Below, piece after piece: positions 8,687 to 18,251 of a DNA stretch of 32,000 bases. A program made the translations under genes and the position numbers. Below the pieces are notes generated by a model. The model had not been told where the DNA came from and did no database searches. It saw only the letters and a program-made list of their open reading frames with translations. Each line of letters begins with the position of its first letter. Positions within the stretch are counted from its first letter, which is position 1. The stretch lies in assembly GCA_964354495.1 (NCBI GenBank), contig CAYHAA010000008.1:90177-122176 (forward strand). The letters run 5' to 3'. Source of the DNA: an uncultured archaeon. Lineage in GTDB: Archaea; Asgardarchaeota; Thorarchaeia; Thorarchaeales; Thorarchaeaceae.

Positions 8687-11600
8687 ATGCAGAGTACGAA
8701 GCATGCCATAGTGGTACTTAGCGTGATCTTCATTTTCATGTTTGTAGTGTCTGACGTCTACACGGTTCAAGTCTGGTCCACTATGAAGGGGGCAGATCCC
8801 AACATACTTGAGAACGACACTGAGGCAGACATCGGCGCCCCAAGAGCAGCATTCTCACTTGCTAGCCTCGTGGAAGAGCTGATGTCAGTAACAACTGATA
8901 CCAGAGATGCCGACATTGACGGACTTGTCGATTCAATCGAGGCCATCATTGGCACCAGTCCAATCAATAATGATAGCGACTATGATAGGGTACGAGATGA
9001 TTTTGAGGTTTGGAATGGCACCGACCCATTGGAGCCTGACTCAAACTTCGATGGATTACCAGATTACTTTGAGCTGAAGGCAACAAATCCGGATGTCGAT
9101 GGCGATGGAGTCGACAATGCTTGGGATTTTGATAATGACAATGATGGCGTCAATGACGCAGCTGACATATCTCCCTTCTGTTATTCTGCTGTGCAGGACA
9201 GCTTCCATATGGAGATCGTGACTGGCGGCAATCCCACATATGTCACTCTCCAACTAAGACCACGCGACCCGGCACACCTCAAGTTGTTCTACCAATATTG
9301 GGATTGGCCTTACGACTCTCAGGGTTCTATGAAAGATATGGACTATTCAGAAGAGGACGTCAGAGCAATTCCACAACTCAATATTGCTACTGACAGCTCT
9401 CTAAGTCAGTCAGCCGTGAGCGACTATGGAATGCTTGTGACGCCAACTGGCTTCCGTATTCCCCTGAATCCCATATGGGATAATGGTGATCTGCTAGCAT
9501 TCGAGTGCAAGATATTCTTCCCGCAGTCTGCTCAGACGAGTTGGGCCATTGATATTGATATGTTTTGGAGAATTATGGGAAATACAGACATTGAGGCTGT
9601 AGCACTCGGTGCCAGCAATGGTATGTATGTAGTCCTTGGAGAAAACAATTCTGCAATCGCTGATGGTGATAATGCTCACGCTGGAACTCTACAATGGATT
9701 GACTTGGGCGATGGTAATGTCTCAATCAAGACCTTCAATGGAGCATACCTGTCACTGGCAGACAATACTACAATTGGTGTTTCGTCCATCCTTGACGATA
9801 ATGCTAGATTTGCAGTGACAGAAGTAGATGACGAAATCGCGCTCAAGGCAATCAATGGACTGTACATCACACTAAGCGAAGATAATCACCTTCTTGCTCA
9901 AGGCGATAACCTCTCTGAAGCAGAGAGATTTCATATTGTTGATTTAGGCTACCAATCAGAATGGACAACACTGGTCACATACCCTGAACCATTCATGCTC
10001 GCTGGATTCACAGTCGAAGAGAACTTTGGCTCCAATCTCGGACTATTCTATAGCTCGAACAGGGATTGTATTATCGCAGCTGACATGGTGATGACATACG
10101 AGTTCATGAGGAATGCCACGAACCTGCTAACGGACCAGTCAGGTATCCTTGCTAACAACGGCATTGACGTGGATAGCCTCTCTTCATCATTCACGCATAG
10201 AGATGAGGCATTCAAGAGCATGAGTAATGACATGCTGCCCGATGTGCTTAGGTCCCTGCCCGATGGCGAAATTCTCCCAGTCATCATTGCAAACATCGAC
10301 CGCTCACGAATTCTAGAGATGTCTGAGATTCTCTCTGGCGTGATGACGCTTGACGACTCGTTTTTCCTCAACGTCACCAGATTCCCTGTTCTGACTGTCA
10401 GGACTCTCAAAACGAATTTCTATAATACATCCAGCTTCGGAGCTCTAGCGCTCGATGATGTTATGTCTGAAGTGGTCAGCTGGGGCCTAAGTGATACAGC
10501 AACTTTCAATATCCTGACCATGATGATGAAGTGGTTTAATGGAGAGCAACTCGTTACAAGCATCGATGATATTCCATTGTCATTCGGAACGCCAGATGAT
10601 GAATGCTTCAACATGGCACAGAATATCATAATTGGTAGTCTAGAAGCATTAGGCGGTCTCTCTGAAATAGTATGGATCTGGAAAGCATTCAAAGAGATGA
10701 AGGTCCTAGAAAAAGGTGGCTTCGTGTTCAACTCAATAGTAAGGTCTCTTAAGACTGGGAGCACGAGCCTGATCGGAGCCTGGGCGAAGACGAGCACGAG
10801 CCTTGCGAAGATCAACAAGGGCTTCACAAAGGCTTTCAAATCGTTCCAAAAGGCCCTAATCGTAGCCGGGATTGTTCTCGACGTGGGCCTTTCAATCTAT
10901 GCGGCTATACTGATTGCTGATAGCATTGGAGGTCGCTTAGGATCTGAGATTGGAGCCATATATGGTGTAGCGGGCGCTGCGTTCGCAGTTGTTGGCGCAC
11001 TCCTTCTCTTTGCCATCGGGGAGATACCTTATGTGGGATGGCTAATTGCTTTGGGGCTTGTCCTTGCAGACTTGATTGGCGGCTACTCGGACAAGCTCAT
11101 AGAATGGCTCACCGGAGCTATATTCGGTGATCAGGAGGATGTGCACAAAGTTGAGCTTGCTGATCCTGGGATTGAGGTTGTGAGACCACCATCAGCGACA
11201 ACCATTGACCATGATGGGAACGGTCTTGATGTAGGAGATACAATCGAGATCATCGTGCGTTTCCGCGCAACAGTAGAGGACACAGTCAATAGTACAATTC
11301 CAGTGGACAGCTACATTAGACCATACATTCAGCTCTTCGTACCTCAGGGCGAGGTTTCATCTTCTGGATACCCTGCTGTAGATGACATGAAAGTGGAGAA
11401 GGGCGATTTCTGGAAATCAGAGACCTATGACACAGCTGCGTGGGCAACGCCCAGTCTGCCAATGGTGAATTTTCCAGTTCTGGTGTTGCTCAAGTATGAT
11501 TACAGACTTCGTTATGATTGGCGACACTTAGTCATGGGCATGGCATACTGCGATCATACAGACTGGGAGGAGGGCTCTGGTGTCGAACAACTGACTAGAT

Positions 11601-14600
11601 ATCACTTCGATATCATGCCACAGACAATTGATGACTTTGTGAGATGGGGCGGAATCAGGTTGCTTGACTCTGATGCAGATGAGTTGAAGGACTCTGAAGA
11701 GTCCTCAACAGATGTATGGAAGTACGATTCAGATGGGGACAGCCTTCGAGACAAGTACGAAATCGACTACGGCCTGGACCCGAATAATTTCGATAGTGAC
11801 GAGGATGGGCTCAGCGATAAATGGGAGCTTGTCTATGGCACTAATGCGACAATGCGTGATAGTGATGTTGACGGACTTCCAGACTATGCTGAAATTGCCG
11901 GCTGGAACATCGAGTTCAACTACACTCAGACCGAAGGTTCCGTGATTATTCCATTCACTACTCACATGTACTCGGATCCACGGAACAATGACAGTGATGC
12001 GGATGGGATCAATGACTTCATAGAATACCAGAGTGGTCTCAATCCCCAATCAAAAGACACTGATGGCGACTCTGTCTTTGATCAACCTGCTCCAGAGACC
12101 GAGACGCTGGTAGAGGAAATCTGGCAAAGGTCTGTAGGACCCACAAACGGCTTCGACGTTGACTACTGGGGCAACATACATTGCGGCTACGCATCGACCT
12201 CAGGCTCATCGATCTGGAAATTCAACCCAGGTGGGGAGGCCATCCTTAATTATGGCGCTGGGGAACTCACTCTACCAATGGCTCTAGCTACGGGAAATCA
12301 AGACACTGTCTATGTTCAGGACTGGAATATCCCCTCGATCATCCCCAAAATCTCTTTGCCCACTTATACTAACAGCATCTACCCGGCTATTGCCCTTACT
12401 CGAGATGGTAGTAGACTGGCAGTTGGCTCAAGGTATGATGATACGGTTTGGATCTATAATCGGGTCGGTTCAGAGTGGATCCTAGAGAGCACGCTTTTTT
12501 CAACAGCAGGTTCTGAGAACTTTGGGTGTTCTCTTGCATTCAGTGCGGATGGAAACACACTTGTTGTTGGAGCGCATTTGCGTGATGTTGCTTCGTTCAG
12601 TAATGGAGCCGCATATGTCTATACCAGATCTGGAACCGAATGGACTCTGAATTCTTTCCTCTCTGTATCAGACGCACACACATACCACTTCGGCTATGCA
12701 GTGGCAATTGCTGGCTCAGGAAGTATAGTTGTGGTCGGTCAGGAACGAAATATCTACATCTATGTCTATCAGAATGGGGGATATACCTTCTGTCGGAGAT
12801 ACACGGTTCCAACCACGAACAGAATTGTATCCTCTATAGCTGTCAGTGATAATGGCGCTAAGATCGCAGTGGGTGCAGAGTACCTCTATTCTGGTTCTTC
12901 TGAAGAGGCAAAGGTCTTTGTCTATGAGTACAACGGAGCAGTAGCTCAGTGGATACCTTATGAGCTGACGAGTGCAGATAGAGTCGCTGGAGACCAGTTT
13001 GGTCATGATGTTTCAATCGATAGCTCGGGCAGCATCATAGCTGCTGGCGCGCCGCACTATTCTGACCAGGGAAAAGGACCTGGATCAGTATACATCTTCA
13101 CAAAGGATGCCACATCCAATCCATGGTCACAGTCACAGATAGAAAGAACAAGACTAACAGATCCAACCGGTCGTACAGACTATTGTTTTGGGTTTTCAGT
13201 GAGGCTCAATCCAGTCGGTGATCATGTTCTAATTGGTTCACCAGGAAGAGGAAGAGGCGCAATGTTCGTCTTTGAAGAGTGTGACTCCACATGGGTGCCG
13301 CTCTCCTGGATAGATCCAATATTGGAGTCTGCGCACGGCAATTTTGGTTATTCTGTGGCAATCGATTCTACAGCGAGCCGATTGATGGGAGCTGCCATTC
13401 AGACTGATATAACTCAACCAATGCCTGTCTTTGAGTTCTCAACTGCCCCTGACCGGATAGTACGCTTTGATTCCGATGGGACAAATGCAGGAGTGTTCCT
13501 TCCCAGTCTAGCATGGGGATATTCTGCTTGGTATACGTCAGTATTTGGCATGACATCAGATTCGGATGGCTACTTGTACGTGTCATACGATGATACGGTC
13601 ATTGCGGGCATCCGAAAATACGCTCCCTCTGGTGAGTTGGTTAGCTTCATCGGTGGTGGCTGGCTTTCTCGTCCATACGGTATGGCCATTGATAATGATG
13701 GAAATATCTACGTGGCTGATAGGGGGAACAACGATGTTCTGAAGTTCTCCCCTGCTGGAGAACTGATGCCAACACCTTGGTCTGGATTCTCGGAACCTAG
13801 AGCCGTGGATGTGGACTCAGAAGGCAATATCTACGTCGCTGACACAGGAAACAATCGTGTGCTTGTGTTTGATGAAAATGGAATCCCTGTTACGTCATTC
13901 TCTTTCCCTTCGCCTATGGCGCTAAGACTGGACGACGATGGCAATCTGTATGTCGCAACTTGGGACAGACTTGCAAGGTACAGAGTCTATGAAGTATACG
14001 TTGAGATCGAACCACCAAGCGAATCCATTGACTGGGACGAGGACGGACTCATCAACGACGTAGAAACTGCAGGCTGGGACATAGTCTACGTGACCTCTGA
14101 TGGAACCTGGTTCGCTCATGTTGATAGCAGTCCGAATCAGGAAGATACTGATCTTGATGGGCTCTCCGACCTACAAGAATGGGAGCTGGGTAGTAATCCA
14201 CGATTGGGGGACACCGACAAGGATGGGTTGGATGACCACTTCGAATGGTCAAATGGCCTAAACATTACAGACTTCGATACCGATGGAGAAATGCTGGATG
14301 ATGGTACAGAGTTGACCTTTGGTAGCAGTCCTCTTCTACGAGATACAGACTTTGATGGCACAGATGACCACATCGAGTTCTTACACGGCACCAATCCACT
14401 GGCGATTGACACTGATCGTGATGATGCGAATGACACTGAGGAATTGAGGGTTGGGTCAGAGCCGCTCTCACCCGACTCAGACAGTGACTTTGTCTTTGAT
14501 GGTGCTGAACTTGACCAAGGCACAGATCCTGTCAATGGTGATAGTGATGCGGACTTCATCGAAGATGGTCTAGAAGGCATCATGGGCACTAACCCACTCT

Positions 14601-16186
14601 CTAATGATACAGATGGGGACAATGTGACGGATTTCGTGGAGATTGCTCTGGGTCTCAATCCTGTATCAAATGACACAGACGGAGATAATATCCCGGACAA
14701 TGTTGAGCTGATAGGGGGTACGAACCCTCGGAGCAATGACACAGACAATGATGGCATTCCAGATGGTCTTGACTCAGACTCACTATCCGATATCTCCGGT
14801 CGAATAATCCTCGTCTGTGATGACCTCAGTGACCCAGAAGTTGCGGCATTTGTTGACAACGTAATGGAATATCACAATGCAATCATTACGGATAGAGAAG
14901 GCCTTCTGGCCAACTATACAGATGACCCCTGGATTGTATTGATAGGAGCGCCCTCGCCCGATAATGAAACCGTGGGCAATCTCATTTTCACTCTGTTAGA
15001 AGACTCTCCGGATGTGTTGCAAGCCATGATAGAATCCGGTGGGAACCACATCGCTGTAAGATATGGAGTATGGAATGAGACTCAGACGGTCGTCATGCTC
15101 TCACAGGTGACGCCTCAAGATGTCTATCCTGTTCTTCAAGCATTAAAGGAGAAGAACGTCACCCTGAATGGGGACACTATCATTGTTGAGTTTCCATTAC
15201 TCACTAATACAGAGCATATTGTGAACATCTTTCTGCAACTTGATGACATTGACGTAGTGAAGACGACCGATTCAATGGCAATGGTGGCGTTCACAGAACC
15301 GGTACAACCGACATTCATTATGAGAGCCTATAATGAGTCTACGACTCCCTCTCAGCTAACAGATGCAACTGGGTTGGAAACTTACAGTGAACCTATGGGC
15401 AAGTATCTTGAGATCGACCTGAGTATTGAGGGGTCTGGTGATGCACCGGTTGACTCAGCGATAATAAGGATTTACTACAGGGAATCCGAGCTTGACCGAA
15501 CCGGCGATGAACTGGCAACTGATATTGAGGACCTCAATGAGACCACTCTTGCTCTCTACTTCTATGATGAGGCTGCTGGACTGTGGATCAGACTCCATGA
15601 GGGTCTTGATTGGGTCATAGCCACTGGTGTGAACACCACTGATGTGTATCTCTATGGCGAAGTCTATGCTGGATATGTCTGGGCGCATGTGCGACACCTC
15701 TCACTGTACAGCATCGCTGGCATGACGCACAATCGTCCCCCCGATGTCTCAGGCGCGTATCCGAGCATCGAGTTCCTCTGGCCGCCGAACGGAAGATTCG
15801 CCGGTATAACGATAGAGGGTGTCTTTGACCCAGATGGTGACAATGTGACCATCACGATACTGAACATAACAAGTGATGAGTCTGTTGGATGTCGCCCAGA
15901 TGCATATGGGGTGGGCACTGATACCGCTTGGCTTCGAGCTGAGAGAGATGGACGTGGCAATGGTAGGGTCTACGAGATCACTTTCTTGGCCTCTGATGGG
16001 CGAGGAGGTGAAACAGTGAGTTCAGTGTTCGTCTATGTACCGCACCACAGGCACAGATGTGGCTTTGTGATACCCATAGATGACGGACAGAACTACGACG
16101 CCACTCAAGGATGGCGTCCCATACACTGGCGATGGTGGCACTGCTTTGGCTTCCGGCATTGTCATGGCTGTCATAGACTCAGGTAG
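8687..16186 (+). CDS. Giant secreted mosaic protein (2499 aa): signal peptide, TSP3-like Ca-binding repeats, fascin-like beta-trefoil, hydrophobic helical segment, FG-GAP propeller, NHL repeats, archaeal surface-protein domain, WPPN Ig-like domain
   Basis: Hydrophobic N-terminus. About 22 DxDxDGxxD-type repeats in three blocks (~8900-9170, ~11660-12080, ~14030-14780). Three x-L-K/G-x-x-N-G-x-Y units (~9600-9950). F-G-x-S/A-V/L-A-I repeats (~12370-13420). P-x-G/A-x-A-x-D-x-D/E-GNIYVAD-x-GN repeats (~13450-13990). C-terminal LWPPN...LRAERDG...GRVY. SD GAGGGAGAG upstream. Confidence 0.88.
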   Translation: MQSTKHAIVVLSVIFIFMFVVSDVYTVQVWSTMKGADPNILENDTEADIGAPRAAFSLASLVEELMSVTTDTRDADIDGLVDSIEAIIGTSPINNDSDYDRVRDDFEVWNGTDPLEPDSNFDGLPDYFELKATNPDVDGDGVDNAWDFDNDNDGVNDAADISPFCYSAVQDSFHMEIVTGGNPTYVTLQLRPRDPAHLKLFYQYWDWPYDSQGSMKDMDYSEEDVRAIPQLNIATDSSLSQSAVSDYGMLVTPTGFRIPLNPIWDNGDLLAFECKIFFPQSAQTSWAIDIDMFWRIMGNTDIEAVALGASNGMYVVLGENNSAIADGDNAHAGTLQWIDLGDGNVSIKTFNGAYLSLADNTTIGVSSILDDNARFAVTEVDDEIALKAINGLYITLSEDNHLLAQGDNLSEAERFHIVDLGYQSEWTTLVTYPEPFMLAGFTVEENFGSNLGLFYSSNRDCIIAADMVMTYEFMRNATNLLTDQSGILANNGIDVDSLSSSFTHRDEAFKSMSNDMLPDVLRSLPDGEILPVIIANIDRSRILEMSEILSGVMTLDDSFFLNVTRFPVLTVRTLKTNFYNTSSFGALALDDVMSEVVSWGLSDTATFNILTMMMKWFNGEQLVTSIDDIPLSFGTPDDECFNMAQNIIIGSLEALGGLSEIVWIWKAFKEMKVLEKGGFVFNSIVRSLKTGSTSLIGAWAKTSTSLAKINKGFTKAFKSFQKALIVAGIVLDVGLSIYAAILIADSIGGRLGSEIGAIYGVAGAAFAVVGALLLFAIGEIPYVGWLIALGLVLADLIGGYSDKLIEWLTGAIFGDQEDVHKVELADPGIEVVRPPSATTIDHDGNGLDVGDTIEIIVRFRATVEDTVNSTIPVDSYIRPYIQLFVPQGEVSSSGYPAVDDMKVEKGDFWKSETYDTAAWATPSLPMVNFPVLVLLKYDYRLRYDWRHLVMGMAYCDHTDWEEGSGVEQLTRYHFDIMPQTIDDFVRWGGIRLLDSDADELKDSEESSTDVWKYDSDGDSLRDKYEIDYGLDPNNFDSDEDGLSDKWELVYGTNATMRDSDVDGLPDYAEIAGWNIEFNYTQTEGSVIIPFTTHMYSDPRNNDSDADGINDFIEYQSGLNPQSKDTDGDSVFDQPAPETETLVEEIWQRSVGPTNGFDVDYWGNIHCGYASTSGSSIWKFNPGGEAILNYGAGELTLPMALATGNQDTVYVQDWNIPSIIPKISLPTYTNSIYPAIALTRDGSRLAVGSRYDDTVWIYNRVGSEWILESTLFSTAGSENFGCSLAFSADGNTLVVGAHLRDVASFSNGAAYVYTRSGTEWTLNSFLSVSDAHTYHFGYAVAIAGSGSIVVVGQERNIYIYVYQNGGYTFCRRYTVPTTNRIVSSIAVSDNGAKIAVGAEYLYSGSSEEAKVFVYEYNGAVAQWIPYELTSADRVAGDQFGHDVSIDSSGSIIAAGAPHYSDQGKGPGSVYIFTKDATSNPWSQSQIERTRLTDPTGRTDYCFGFSVRLNPVGDHVLIGSPGRGRGAMFVFEECDSTWVPLSWIDPILESAHGNFGYSVAIDSTASRLMGAAIQTDITQPMPVFEFSTAPDRIVRFDSDGTNAGVFLPSLAWGYSAWYTSVFGMTSDSDGYLYVSYDDTVIAGIRKYAPSGELVSFIGGGWLSRPYGMAIDNDGNIYVADRGNNDVLKFSPAGELMPTPWSGFSEPRAVDVDSEGNIYVADTGNNRVLVFDENGIPVTSFSFPSPMALRLDDDGNLYVATWDRLARYRVYEVYVEIEPPSESIDWDEDGLINDVETAGWDIVYVTSDGTWFAHVDSSPNQEDTDLDGLSDLQEWELGSNPRLGDTDKDGLDDHFEWSNGLNITDFDTDGEMLDDGTELTFGSSPLLRDTDFDGTDDHIEFLHGTNPLAIDTDRDDANDTEELRVGSEPLSPDSDSDFVFDGAELDQGTDPVNGDSDADFIEDGLEGIMGTNPLSNDTDGDNVTDFVEIALGLNPVSNDTDGDNIPDNVELIGGTNPRSNDTDNDGIPDGLDSDSLSDISGRIILVCDDLSDPEVAAFVDNVMEYHNAIITDREGLLANYTDDPWIVLIGAPSPDNETVGNLIFTLLEDSPDVLQAMIESGGNHIAVRYGVWNETQTVVMLSQVTPQDVYPVLQALKEKNVTLNGDTIIVEFPLLTNTEHIVNIFLQLDDIDVVKTTDSMAMVAFTEPVQPTFIMRAYNESTTPSQLTDATGLETYSEPMGKYLEIDLSIEGSGDAPVDSAIIRIYYRESELDRTGDELATDIEDLNETTLALYFYDEAAGLWIRLHEGLDWVIATGVNTTDVYLYGEVYAGYVWAHVRHLSLYSIAGMTHNRPPDVSGAYPSIEFLWPPNGRFAGITIEGVFDPDGDNVTITILNITSDESVGCRPDAYGVGTDTAWLRAERDGRGNGRVYEITFLASDGRGGETVSSVFVYVPHHRHRCGFVIPIDDGQNYDATQGWRPIHWRWWHCFGFRHCHGCHRLR
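14030..14780 (+). repeat. Tandem coding repeat block: about 11 Ca-binding DTDxDG-type units with ~23-aa period
   Basis: DWDEDGLIND, DTDLDGLSD, DTDKDGLDD, DTDGEMLDD, DTDFDGTDD, DTDRDDAND, DSDSDFVFD, DSDADFIED, DTDGDNVTD, DTDGDNIPD, DTDNDGIPD, most followed by E-x-x-x-G-T/S-N/D-P. Confidence 0.85.
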
Positions 16187-16335
16187 AGGGTAGACCCGCT
16201 CTCTATCTGAATAGAAGGACTTTCGTCTCTCAAGATACAGACCCGGTTGACAACAAAGAAGATATGGTGGGACGCTGTATCTCTTCATCGCCATGCACAA
16301 CGTCTTGGATGTTATGGCATAGAGGATGTGAAAGA

Positions 16336-17202
16336 ATGGGTAAGCTGGAAGATAGAGTGAGTGTGATAACTGGTGGTGCTAGTGGCATTGGAGAAGCAAT
16401 AGTACGTCTATTCGCGAAAGAAGGTTCTCGGGTGGTCGTCGCTGACATCCAAGATGAGCCTGGTCAGAGACTCGCTAAGAGCCTTGGAAAGAAGGCCACC
16501 TTCATACACACTGATGTCAGCTTGGAAGACAACGTCAAGGGTATGATTGATTATGCTGTAGCCTCCTATGGTCGTCTGGACTGTGTTGTCAACAATGCAG
16601 GCATAGGTGGTGTTGAAGGGGAAATCGAGTCCATACCTGTCACAGGATTTGATAGGACAATGACTATTCTGCTTCGTGGAGTGTTCTTGGGGATGAAACA
16701 CGCAGCGCCGGTCATGAAACGACAAGGTAGGGGGAACATCATAAACATCGCCAGCATAGCTGGTCTGCGTGGCATATCCCAAAATCACCCATATAGTGCA
16801 GCTAAGGCGGCCGTTATCCAGCTGACTCGTACGGTGGCGATGGAGCTGGCGCAGCACCAGATACGCGTGAACTGTATCTGCCCGGGCATGATTGTGACCT
16901 CCATATTTGGTAACACCAAGGGAATGTCTGGTCCGGATATTGCCCGCACAAAGGAGAATCTGAATCGTCTCTTCGAAAAAATGCAACCCATTCAGCGGAC
17001 TGGTCTTCCAGAGGACGTAGCCAATGCTGCGCTCTGGCTAGCAGGCGACGACTCGAGCTTTGTCACTGGACATGCATTGGTTGTGGATGGAGGTACAAGT
17101 GCTGGGCAAATGTGGTCCTCCCAGATGAAGTACAAGGCAAAGATAGAGTCCGCTCTTGGACTGGAGCCTTCTGAGCAGATGCCAATCACAAAGAAAGAGT
17201 GA
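16336..17202 (+). CDS. Classical short-chain dehydrogenase/reductase (probably NAD-preferring)
   Basis: TGGASGIG, VADI (acidic residue at end of beta-2), NNAG, NIASIAG, YSAAK, VNCICPG, TGHALVVDGG. Start moved to ATG 16336 (MGKLEDRV). Confidence 0.92.
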   Translation: MGKLEDRVSVITGGASGIGEAIVRLFAKEGSRVVVADIQDEPGQRLAKSLGKKATFIHTDVSLEDNVKGMIDYAVASYGRLDCVVNNAGIGGVEGEIESIPVTGFDRTMTILLRGVFLGMKHAAPVMKRQGRGNIINIASIAGLRGISQNHPYSAAKAAVIQLTRTVAMELAQHQIRVNCICPGMIVTSIFGNTKGMSGPDIARTKENLNRLFEKMQPIQRTGLPEDVANAALWLAGDDSSFVTGHALVVDGGTSAGQMWSSQMKYKAKIESALGLEPSEQMPITKKE

Positions 17203-17204
17203 GG

Positions 17205-17225
17205 GAGAGAGGCAGTCCCTCTCTC
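17205..17225. terminator. Hairpin GAGAGAGG-cagtc-CCTCTCTC between the convergent SDR and MaoC genes
   Basis: 8-bp perfect stem with 5-nt loop, 2 nt after the SDR stop. A terminator role is inferred from position; the same stem recurs at 18252. Confidence 0.45.
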
Positions 17226-17275
17226 AATTGAAAACTCGTGAGAATGCACTAGCAGATCTCATCAGTCTTGCAGTA

Positions 17276-18148
17276 TCATTCAATGAACTCGGCAATTCCA
17301 TTGACCAATACTGGAATGCCTTTTTCATCCCTCGTCTCAAAGTGCACGACATGGATTCCATTCTCTTTGATTCCTGCATCGTAGACCTCTGTCACTAGAC
17401 TCTGGTTCAGAAGAACAGGCCTTGAGAAGCGGACCTCCATGCTCTTCAACCGCGTTGGATCACCACCTAGGAGTTCATCCACAAGCACCTGTGAGGCGAG
17501 AGCCATAGTGCATAATCCCTGGAGAATTGCACTGGGAAGTCCCGCACTTCTGGCAATCTCATCACTTATGTGAATTGGATTATGGTCTCCGGAAGCCTCA
17601 GCATACCTTGCTCCCTGGTCCTTCGTGACCACTGCCTTCTTCCTCGCAAGCACTTTTCCTCTCTCAACAACCTGAGCGCTCTCTCGGGCCTTCTCATCTG
17701 TTGTTGCCTTTTTTCCTCTGGCCAACAATCGATACTTTATCTCAACTACAATGCTCTTTCCTCGCTTGCAATGAATCTGCAGGTCTAGGATGTCGTTGAC
17801 TCCGCGTTGCTCCATGTTGATGATCTTTGCAGTGGTGCGGATTGAATCTCCTGGGTGTATAGCTGCTCTCCATGACATCTTATGTTCTGCATGAACCACC
17901 CTCAGGATGTCAAGGTCTATATCTTCTGCATCATTCACTAGTTGGCTAAGGATTCCTGGTAAGAACACGACAGGATAGAGAGGAGGTGGAACAAGTTTAG
18001 CGTGGGGACCTGTACTTAGATAACGTGGGTTCTTCTCATTAGTCGCTAGAGCATATTGCCGAATACTCTCGGGTTCCACGAGTTGAGATTCAGTACGGTA
18101 CTCCTTTCCCAGAAAATCTCTGTTCAGTGTCACAATCTCATCAGACAA
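17276..18148 (-). CDS. Double hot-dog MaoC-family (R)-specific enoyl-CoA hydratase/dehydratase
   Basis: N-terminal hot-dog (VVHAEHKMSW) and C-terminal catalytic motif YAEASGDHNPIH...AILQGLCT, then VRFSRPV. TTG start. Confidence 0.87.
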   Translation of the reverse strand: MSDEIVTLNRDFLGKEYRTESQLVEPESIRQYALATNEKNPRYLSTGPHAKLVPPPLYPVVFLPGILSQLVNDAEDIDLDILRVVHAEHKMSWRAAIHPGDSIRTTAKIINMEQRGVNDILDLQIHCKRGKSIVVEIKYRLLARGKKATTDEKARESAQVVERGKVLARKKAVVTKDQGARYAEASGDHNPIHISDEIARSAGLPSAILQGLCTMALASQVLVDELLGGDPTRLKSMEVRFSRPVLLNQSLVTEVYDAGIKENGIHVVHFETRDEKGIPVLVNGIAEFIE

Positions 18149-18251
18149 GGCCGCGTCTCCTGATTCGTACAGAATGCCAGTCGCAAAGTTGTGGCAATAC
18201 GTGTCGCCTGTTGTGTGATGTTTGTAATTAGTCTATTCATTTATCATGTGA

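Noticed and set aside
14137-14859. 240-aa Ser-rich antisense ORF, and the many other short ORFs nested in or opposite long genes
   Set aside because: Shadow of the Asp-rich repeat block (GAT/GAC codons read as Ser/Val/Ile on the other strand). No independent motifs.
16336-18148. SDR plus double hot-dog hydratase as a split peroxisomal MFE-2-like unit
   Set aside because: The genes are convergent rather than co-transcribed, both families are ubiquitous, and nothing ties this SDR to 3-hydroxyacyl-CoA substrates.
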